NCBI GenBank assembly: GCA_963804995.1
Contig: CAWDSK010000002.1
Span: 416,001-480,000 of the forward strand
DNA from: an uncultured Acidobacteriota bacterium
GTDB taxonomy: Bacteria; Acidobacteriota; Terriglobia; UBA7540
Length of the DNA: 64,000 bases
Reading direction: 5' to 3'
Shown here piece by piece: positions 52,281 through 59,675 of the stretch; position 1 is the stretch's first letter, and each line of letters begins with the position of its first letter. The notes below the pieces were generated by a model. It was not told where the DNA came from. It saw nothing but the letters and a program-made list of their open reading frames with translations, and did not search any database. A program made the translations under genes and the position numbers.

Positions 52281-52578
52281 GATCACCTGGACCGTTTTTC
52301 ACCTTATCGCGGACGTGGGCCGAACCGGTGGGGTGGGGCGCTTTGTTCAAACCCGGCATGCGGCGCCGGCGCTGGCCTCGCCTATGGCGCTCGACGGATT
52401 CAGGGTGGGACTGCCGGTGCTGGCGGGGATAATCGGGATTTTGGCTGCGCCATTTTTGCTGGCTGTCCCGGCAGCCCTGGTCGTACTCGGTATCGCGTGC
52501 TCGCCGACTCTACTCGTGTAGGTCCACGACTTTTTGTCATGTGGCGAAACGTCCCACATGTTGCTCTCCGCGGGGCAT
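52281..52578. repeat. Dispersed GTCCCAC-type repeat, left part of a split copy
   Basis: Direct repeat of 62746-63043. Confidence 0.9.
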
Positions 52579-52649
52579 CGTCAGGTCGGATTTGTAGTCG
52601 GAAGGTTTTCTCCTAACCAATTGTAATTAAACACAGTATTAAGTCATAT

Positions 52650-52745
52650 GCATGATATACTTGCATTTGAACGGCGTAATTGACTTGCATTGACACGGCA
52701 TAATATACTTGTATTCGCACAACACAATAAACTTGTTTTCGCACG
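52650..52745 (+). promoter_or_regulatory. Four imperfect 24-bp tandem repeats upstream of the Fic gene (putative operator array)
   Basis: gcatgatatacttgcatttgaacg / gcgtaattgacttgcattgacacg / gcataatatacttgtattcgcaca / acacaataaacttgttttcgcacg. Confidence 0.7.
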
Positions 52746-52761
52746 AAACGAGAGAGGTTAT

Positions 52762-54312
52762 ATGGCGACGCCGAATGAGAAACTGGCGGAATCCCTGGAG
52801 GTGCTCAAAGCGCTTCAACTGGGTGGGAGACGTGTGTTCCGTTCGGACGACCTGACCCGCGTCCACCGGGAACGGCTGGTTGCGAACGGCTTTCTTCAGG
52901 AGGTCATGAAAGGCTGGCTGATCTCCTCCAACCCAACCGCACGCGAGGGCGAAAGCACACCCTGGTACGCTTCGTTCTGGGAATTTTGCGCGCGCTACTG
53001 CAACCACCGTTTCGACGAGGAGTGGCACCTCTCGCCAGAGCAATCGCTTTTGCTCCATGGCGAAAGAACGGTCATCCCCGATCAGGTCGTGGTCAACAGC
53101 CCGAAAGGCACGAACAACGCCATCGAGCTTCTGTTCGGCACGTCGCTGTACGACCTGAAGGTACCCGCGATGCCGGCCGCGGCGGATCTCGTGTTGAGGG
53201 ACGGCTTGCGGCTTTTCTCGCCGCCGGCGGCGCTGGTGAGGGTGGTGGAATCCTTTTTCCGGCGAAATCCGGTCGAAACGCAGGTATTGCTGGCAAGCCT
53301 CGTCGATGCGTCGGACCTGCTGCGGCTGTTGCTGAATGGCGGCCACTCGGCGAAAGCGGGTTACTTGGCGGGAGCGTTCCGGCAGGCAGGCCGACCCGAT
53401 TTGGCAGGTGAAATCATTAGCGCGATGAAGAGCGCCGGCTACGACGTGCGGGAGAGCAACCCCTTCGAGGCCGGGCAGATATTCGGCACGCTGCGCCGGG
53501 CTCGGCCACCCATCGTGGGGCGCGTGGAGATGCTCTGGGAGTCGATGCGCGGAGCCGTCGTGGTGACATTCCCGAAGGAACCGGGACTTCCGCAAGACCG
53601 GGATGCCTATCTTCGTTTCATCGACGGAATTTATCAAAGCGACGCCTACCATTCTCTCTCCATTGAGGGATATTCGGTCACACCGGAGGTCATTGAGAGG
53701 GTACGGCAAGGGGACTGGGACCCGGAACATCACGAGGATGACCGCAAGAACCGCGACGCCCTGGCGGCGCGCGGATACTGGCAAGCGTTCCAGCTCGTGA
53801 AAGGATCAGTGGAGAAAGTGATCGCCGGAGAGAATGCCGGCGTGTGCGCGCGCGCCGCACACAAGGATTGGTATCGCGAATTATTCCAACCCTGTGTCAC
53901 TGCTGGCCTGATCGAACCAGGCGCACTCGCCGGATACCGCAACATTCCGGTCTATCTGCGGACGTTGCGCTATGTGCCGCCACGGTGGGAGGCGGTTCGC
54001 GACGCCATGCCTGTGCTTTTTGATCTTCTTGAAAGGGAGCCCGAGCCTTCGGTGCGCGCCGTGCTCGGTCACTGGCTGTTCGGGTATATCCATCCCTATC
54101 CGGACGGCAACGGGCGCATGGCACGCTTTCTGATGAACGTGATGCTGGCATCGGGCGGCTATCCTTGGACGGTCATCCGGGTCGAGGATCGCAATGCTTA
54201 TTTGGGTGCGCTGGACCATGCCAGCATCGACATGGACATAAGACCCTTCTCCACATTTGTGGCGCAACGGGTGCGATGGTCTCTTGACCGACGGGATCAT
54301 TCGGACTCTTGA
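52762..54312 (+). CDS. Fic-domain protein with large N-terminal region
   Basis: HPYPDGNGRMAR Fic motif and YHSLSIEG; GAGAGG RBS. Confidence 0.93.
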   Translation: MATPNEKLAESLEVLKALQLGGRRVFRSDDLTRVHRERLVANGFLQEVMKGWLISSNPTAREGESTPWYASFWEFCARYCNHRFDEEWHLSPEQSLLLHGERTVIPDQVVVNSPKGTNNAIELLFGTSLYDLKVPAMPAAADLVLRDGLRLFSPPAALVRVVESFFRRNPVETQVLLASLVDASDLLRLLLNGGHSAKAGYLAGAFRQAGRPDLAGEIISAMKSAGYDVRESNPFEAGQIFGTLRRARPPIVGRVEMLWESMRGAVVVTFPKEPGLPQDRDAYLRFIDGIYQSDAYHSLSIEGYSVTPEVIERVRQGDWDPEHHEDDRKNRDALAARGYWQAFQLVKGSVEKVIAGENAGVCARAAHKDWYRELFQPCVTAGLIEPGALAGYRNIPVYLRTLRYVPPRWEAVRDAMPVLFDLLEREPEPSVRAVLGHWLFGYIHPYPDGNGRMARFLMNVMLASGGYPWTVIRVEDRNAYLGALDHASIDMDIRPFSTFVAQRVRWSLDRRDHSDS

Positions 54313-54468
54313 TATTAGGAGTTGATACATCAGGTGGTCGGAATTCCCCACTGGGTTAGCCAATAGACCGAGTAAGCGGTCAGATGAACAAGTGAGAACC
54401 CCCGGTAATTCTTCTTTTCCTTGGCATCGGCTTTGAGCAAATCGCGTGCGGTTTCTGGTTGCAATGTA

Positions 54469-54551
54469 CCCATCCTCATGCGTTTTCTTCCTATGACTTT
54501 TCACTTGCGGATTTGCCGCCTGATACGTCCGCGTCTCTGCGGTGAGAAGGC
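54469..54551. repeat. Dispersed GTCCCAC-type repeat, right part of the split copy
   Basis: Two mismatches versus 63068-63150. Confidence 0.9.
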
Positions 54552-54619
54552 TATTGGTTTTTTTCGCGGGTGGCGCCCCGATGCATCGGGGCGGCCTTCG
54601 AAGGTTGTAAGATGACCGG

Positions 54620-54710
54620 GTGCCCCGGCAGAAACATTTTTACGGTCTCAATTACCTGCCTGACATCGCCCGCAGCACCTATCGTCGGGCCCGCCTGTTC
54701 GACTCGGAGC
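54620..54710 (+). pseudogene. 5' stub of a second RAYT
   Basis: GTG start then PRQKHFYGLNYLPDIARSTYRRARLFDSE (compare STYRRSRLF in the intact RAYT); preceded by the palindrome gccccgatgcatcggggc. Confidence 0.65.
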
Positions 54711-54984
54711 CGGTAGCGCAAATGTAGGCGCAGTTCGCTTTCCTTTGCGGCTCGTAGAATCGGAATTTCGACGTGTTCAATGCCGGGCAATGAGAAGAGG
54801 CCGCGGAGGAATTCGGCTCGAAGCCAAATACCTCCACCCTACCCCGCTGGTTCTTCTGAGGCCTGCGCAGGGTCTCGCCTCAGCCGTCCCAAGACCCCCT
54901 ATTCCCGCCGGTTGCAGCACTTCGCACTTGTACCGGTCGGGCGTTTTACGACCAAGTGGCGACCACTGGACGGGAAGGCGACTT
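54707..54984 (+). repeat. Blocks A (54707-54796) and B (54923-54984), copy 2
   Basis: Same order and orientation as 49231-49752 but with a different interior. Confidence 0.8.
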
Positions 54985-55090
54985 CCTAGGCGGAATCGAT
55001 AACTTCGATCGCGAGCCGATCTGATGGTGGTTGCACTCTTGATGTGTCGTGGATAGGATGAACTTCGTGATCTACCTCGACCCCAGGAAA

Positions 55091-55177
55091 GAAAGTTCAT
55101 AGTTGACAGTCGACAGTTAACAGGCAGGGCGTTCTCGATTTTTACTATGAACTGTAAACTGTGGACTGTGAACTTTC
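55091..55177. repeat. Inverted pair of heptamer arrays
   Basis: gaaagttcatagttgacagtcgacagttaacag ... ctatgaactgtaaactgtggactgtgaactttc. Confidence 0.75.
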
Positions 55178-55181
55178 TCAG

Positions 55182-55356
55182 GGCAATCCGTTCGAGCGCT
55201 TACAAGTTCGGCGCGAAATTGAAGTCGGTTATCGAAACGGCTCGCGAACAGGTGGCGGAGTTGATTGGGGCGCACCCGCTGGATGTGATTTTTACTTCCT
55301 GCGCAACGGAGAGCAACAACGCTGCCATCGCGGCCACACAGAAGCGTTCGCCCTAA
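55182..55356 (+). pseudogene. Internal stub of a cysteine desulfurase (IscS/NifS/DndA family)
   Basis: GNP(+1)SSAYKFG...IETAREQVAELIGA...VIFTSCATESNNAAI; both ends are missing. Confidence 0.8.
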
Positions 55357-55363
55357 CAACCCA

Positions 55364-58300
55364 CTAAGGCAGTTGGAGGCAGGGGAACCTGTCGAGTTCC
55401 GGCCAATCGTGACAAGTCAGGTAAATGACCTGGCCGGAGTTCGCGTGCTCTTCCAGAATCTGAATTATCCGGCCCCGGCGTTGGGGATCGCAAGAAACAA
55501 GCGGGTCATCGAGTATCAAGGGGGGAAGGTCGTCAGCAAAGATGGAGCGAATTGCTTCAAGCCGCAGAGCCAAGTAAAACTGGTCCACAGACCCGCTGGA
55601 CATTTCATTTTGTTCCAGCTTATCACCTTTCTCGTCGGACCAGACTTGCAGGTTGAATCCATCCCCCTCTACGCGATGATAGCGGTCAGCCGTGATTCGC
55701 TTCAACAGACTTCCGACCCTGTCGGGAATGGCCTCAAGCAATTCCGCGAGCGCCTTGTTCCTTGCTTGTTGCAGTAGGTTGAGTACCGCGTTGTCTATTT
55801 CAAGCCGGTGTTCAAGCCTTGCGATTCGGCGTTCACGGTCGGCGATGTTCTCTTTTAGTTCGGAAATACGCTCCTGGTTTTGCCCGGCGGAGTCAGACTT
55901 TACCTTCAGTTCTGCTCGGGAATTGCGCAGCTTCTCCAGTTTGTCCTTGAGGGCCTTCACCGCGCGACCAAACTCGATCCTTTCGCCGGGGTTCGCGAAG
56001 GCGTACGAAAGATTTGCTTGTCTGGTCTGGTCAGCCACGGCGGCCTTGGTCACAGCCTGATTGAATTTCTGGTCGAGCTCTTCCGCCAGAAGCATCTCCC
56101 TTTCTTTTTGAAGGCGCGATAGCTGATCGCGCTTCTTTCCCAGTGTCCCTTCCGACTCCATGATTTCATTCCCAAGCTCGATCAATTCCTTGTCGCTAAG
56201 AGCAAATGGCCGGAGTGACTCAAGCTCTTCAGTGAGTTTTGCGATGGTCTCCGTCTTCGCCTTATGCCCGGCATACATAGCACTTTCGTGTCTTTCCTTC
56301 AGGATGCCCGCCTTGGATTCTTGAATCTGTGCCACCCAATTCGCGTATTGGTTGTATTCATCTTCCAGAGCTTTCAGGCCGGCCGCGGTTTCACGCTTTG
56401 TGCGCGAAATAAGAGTGGTCATCTCCTCCTGGGTATTGCGCATCTTCTCTTGCTGAGCCTGGACGGCCTTTTGGCTCTTGGCCAAACTGTGGACTAACAT
56501 TTGCACGCGGGTTTCGGCTTGAGCGCGATCTCTAGCGAGCTCTTTAAGTCTTTGCCGGTGGTCCGACAAATCCTTTTCGACAATTGACAATTCGCGAACC
56601 GAAGCGAGCTTCTCAAGCTCGGCGGCAACGGCTGACACTTTTCCGCCCAGTTCCGCGAATTCCTCGTCCCAGCTTTCCTTGGAACGAGACTCCAGCGCCG
56701 CCTCAAGACTTAGCTTATTGCTTTTTGCCTCCGCTGCCAGTTGATCGCGTTCTTCAATCCGTCGCGCCAGATCGTCCGCGTCCCTAGTCGCAGCCCTGGA
56801 GAGAATGGCGGAGATTTCGCTTTGCCGCTGCTGCAATTGTTGTGCGGTTTGGCTTTCATTCGTCAGCCGGATTGTTCCCACGCCTGGAATGTAGGCATTA
56901 ATCTCCCTTCGTCCGGTAAACTTCTGAGGCGTCTCCAGTCGGATTTCTCTTTCAGGCTCGCTGTCGATTTGAATTCTGATTGGGAGTGGATGGTCAGGGT
57001 TTAACTCGAAACCCAAACCTTCACCCTGGAGCGCATTTTCAAAGTGGTTAACGGAGGCAACAGCTTCGTGAAACGCTCTGGGATCAATGTCACTCAAACT
57101 TCTGAATGGCTCGAGTTTCGAAGTAAGGCTGAGCCGCTCCGACACGAGGGTTGTGAGCCGTGCCACCTTCTGGGAGACCCTGCGGTGATCGACTAATAGC
57201 TGCTGGTGCCTGGCCTTCGACTGCCGGGCTTGCTCCGCCAAACCGCGCTCGGATTCAAGTGTGGCAATTGCCAGCTCCTGTGCCGCTTCCTGGTGACCGA
57301 GCAGCGCCAATCGACCCCGGCTTTCCTCGATGTCCTTGACGAGGCGGGATTCCTCGTCGCGGGCTCGATCAAGCTCCGTGTTGCCGTCCCCCAGTTTCTG
57401 CTCCAAGGCATGGAACTGGTGAAAATCTTCGGGAGTAAGGCCCAAATTGGTCAACGGGTTCGCCAAATCTCTTAATTGCTGATTGAAGGCTTCCAAATTT
57501 TGAATGTCGGTGGCCAGCTGCCTGGCTTCGTCCTCCGCGTTTTTCAGATCGGCGGTCCTCTGCTTGTAACTTAGTGCCTGCTCGCGCTTTGCCTTTTGCT
57601 TTTGAAGCAGGTCCGCGATCCTTCGTAATTCAGCATCTGTAGATTCCAGAAGCTGTGGTAACTGCCCTATACGTGTTTTCTTGGCCGTGAGCTCTCCAAC
57701 CTCTAATTCCTTTTGTTTGTAAAGACTTTCGGCTTCCACATATTTCCGATCCAGGTCCTCCCTTTCTTCTGCCTGACTAATATCTCGTGTCAATTTCTCG
57801 ATCTCCGCATCGGCCACTTCAAAGTCGGCCACCGCGGCCCCCGCTTGCACTTCCCTAGCCTCCCTCTCGGCCAAGTCGTCCCGCAGATTTTGCAGCTCAT
57901 CCAACAACACCTTGACGGGCCCAGGATTCCTGGGGGCCGTCGTGAGCCAGCCCTTGCGTAGGTCAGTGTTGTGGTTATCGAGCTCCTTCTGTAGGCTTGC
58001 TAAATCGCGTCCCGTAGAACTGAGCGAGCGGTTTTCCAATTGGCTCTTCAATTGGCTCGGGTTAATGTCACTCTTGATCTCATCCTGTCTCACGCAAGCA
58101 GTCTGCCGAAATGACTCTTCAACCGCGATGGGGAGGTGTTCAGCCAAGAAATTGCGAACCTTGTCCTTTGCTTGAACTGTCTTACCCGCAAAGGTGAATC
58201 GATTCTTACCGTTTTCGAAGTCGCGCTCAAGCTTGATTTGGCCCGCCTTCAGCGCAAGATTCAGCGCCACATAAATGTGCTCGGCTGAGTTCCAGCGGCG

Positions 58301-58483
58301 GTAGCCCTTATATCTTTTGTCGCTCGATGCTGCGTCCGCATAGAGGCCGGCCAGGATCGCTTCCAGAAGGCTGGACTTGCCGGCTTCGTTTGGGCCCCTG
58401 ACTACCTGAAATCTAGTATCGAACTTCCATTCGCGGTCCGTCAGGTTCCGAAAATTCCGTGTCTCCAACGATAAAATCTTCAC
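55364..58483 (-). CDS. Rad50/SbcC-like (YhaN/AAA_27-type) coiled-coil ATPase, 1039 aa
   Basis: Walker A GPNEAGKS, long coiled coil, MSSG signature, LILDDP and YLTCH; no CxxC hook. GTGA overlap with the upstream nuclease. Confidence 0.9.
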   Translation of the reverse strand: MKILSLETRNFRNLTDREWKFDTRFQVVRGPNEAGKSSLLEAILAGLYADAASSDKRYKGYRRWNSAEHIYVALNLALKAGQIKLERDFENGKNRFTFAGKTVQAKDKVRNFLAEHLPIAVEESFRQTACVRQDEIKSDINPSQLKSQLENRSLSSTGRDLASLQKELDNHNTDLRKGWLTTAPRNPGPVKVLLDELQNLRDDLAEREAREVQAGAAVADFEVADAEIEKLTRDISQAEEREDLDRKYVEAESLYKQKELEVGELTAKKTRIGQLPQLLESTDAELRRIADLLQKQKAKREQALSYKQRTADLKNAEDEARQLATDIQNLEAFNQQLRDLANPLTNLGLTPEDFHQFHALEQKLGDGNTELDRARDEESRLVKDIEESRGRLALLGHQEAAQELAIATLESERGLAEQARQSKARHQQLLVDHRRVSQKVARLTTLVSERLSLTSKLEPFRSLSDIDPRAFHEAVASVNHFENALQGEGLGFELNPDHPLPIRIQIDSEPEREIRLETPQKFTGRREINAYIPGVGTIRLTNESQTAQQLQQRQSEISAILSRAATRDADDLARRIEERDQLAAEAKSNKLSLEAALESRSKESWDEEFAELGGKVSAVAAELEKLASVRELSIVEKDLSDHRQRLKELARDRAQAETRVQMLVHSLAKSQKAVQAQQEKMRNTQEEMTTLISRTKRETAAGLKALEDEYNQYANWVAQIQESKAGILKERHESAMYAGHKAKTETIAKLTEELESLRPFALSDKELIELGNEIMESEGTLGKKRDQLSRLQKEREMLLAEELDQKFNQAVTKAAVADQTRQANLSYAFANPGERIEFGRAVKALKDKLEKLRNSRAELKVKSDSAGQNQERISELKENIADRERRIARLEHRLEIDNAVLNLLQQARNKALAELLEAIPDRVGSLLKRITADRYHRVEGDGFNLQVWSDEKGDKLEQNEMSSGSVDQFYLALRLEAIRSIFADDLPPLILDDPLVSCDPQRRGRIIQILEEHANSGQVIYLTCHDWPELDRFPCLQLP

Positions 58484-59625
58484 TCTGTCACCCCTTCGAT
58501 CCCCTGAAAGAGAGCGTGCCCACGACGCAGTACCTCACTCAACCGTCGCTTGGCCTCCGGGTCCCCAGTAGCTTCAAGTTCCGCCCGCACTAAGTTGACG
58601 AAGGCGTGTTCTACGGTCTTCTCCCGGTAATCCTGCTCAAGTGCTTCTAGCCGGGTCTCATACTGCAACACGTGCGTATCAATTTCGAGGTAGGCGAACC
58701 CTGGAGCAAGCTCTTCGGTGAGGCGTACCGCATCAACGGATTCGTCGTTTGAGATCGTACCTGCCAACTTAACCCTCAGCACGCGATGGGGGTCTGCCAT
58801 GCTGTCAATTTTCTCATTTAGCGCCTCGGCCGAACCGACTTTCTCCCAAGAAAGGTCTAATTCGGTCCATTGATAATGTCCGGTGCTAATTTTCTCAACG
58901 GTGACCCCACTTTCGTCCAAACTCACCAGTGCCACAAATCCGGACTCTCCTTTGTCGTTGAATTGGAGCGTTTCTGGTGAGCCGGAATATTGAACAACCG
59001 TTTTGGTATTGTCGTAACATCGCGTAAAGGTGTGCCGGTCTCCCATCGCAAGGTACGTAAAGCCGCAGTGTTCCACATGCTCCCTCTTCAGGAGTGATCC
59101 GTGACTCTCCTCTGGAATCTGAGGCAATGCGATGCCCGTGTGCAGTAAAAGAACATTGAAGTCGGCGCGCGGGTCAGGCGTGATCCCCTCTAGCGGGTTG
59201 TCCGAGTCTGGCAATAACGCGCGACCGTGAATAGCCAATCGACCCGAAGCCAATTTAGTGGTCTCGACTGTCTCCTTAGTGAATATGTGGAGGTTCTCGG
59301 GTTTGTTTAGCTGAAAATGCCGGGAGCGGAAAATGGCTCTTTGATTGATGCTATCGTGGGTCCACGTACCGGGGAGAAAGAACACGGGAGTCGGCTGGAT
59401 TGAGCTAACAGTGTCCATGAAAAATTTAATGTCCAGCGGCGAAATCCTTTCGGAGTCGAAGACATCGCCTGACAAGAGTACTGCATCCACCCGCCGCTCT
59501 GAAGCAACCGCAAACACCTTTGCGAATGTTTCTTTGATTTGTGATCGCAGTATTTTACCAAACGCTCCGAACTGCTCGAACGCTTTACCGAGATGAACGT
59601 CAGCTGTGTGGATAATCTTGAGCAT
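58480..59625 (-). CDS. Mre11/SbcD-like (YhaO-type) metallophosphoesterase DNA nuclease
   Basis: HTADVHLG, SGDVFD, PGTWTHD, LLLHTG, MGDRH and YSGSPE. Confidence 0.9.
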   Translation of the reverse strand: MLKIIHTADVHLGKAFEQFGAFGKILRSQIKETFAKVFAVASERRVDAVLLSGDVFDSERISPLDIKFFMDTVSSIQPTPVFFLPGTWTHDSINQRAIFRSRHFQLNKPENLHIFTKETVETTKLASGRLAIHGRALLPDSDNPLEGITPDPRADFNVLLLHTGIALPQIPEESHGSLLKREHVEHCGFTYLAMGDRHTFTRCYDNTKTVVQYSGSPETLQFNDKGESGFVALVSLDESGVTVEKISTGHYQWTELDLSWEKVGSAEALNEKIDSMADPHRVLRVKLAGTISNDESVDAVRLTEELAPGFAYLEIDTHVLQYETRLEALEQDYREKTVEHAFVNLVRAELEATGDPEAKRRLSEVLRRGHALFQGIEGVTE

Positions 59626-59675
59626 TCCGCACCCTTAATAAACAATTTCCATGGGGAAGCGCCACCTACGCGCTC

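Noticed and set aside
52650..52745. 24-bp array as a CRISPR array
   Set aside because: The units are contiguous and degenerate, with no spacers and no cas genes.
55364..58483. The 1039-aa ATPase as DndD
   Set aside because: GPNEAGKS and LTCH motifs plus coupling to an Mre11-type gene fit the YhaN/SbcC type, and it is longer than a typical DndD.
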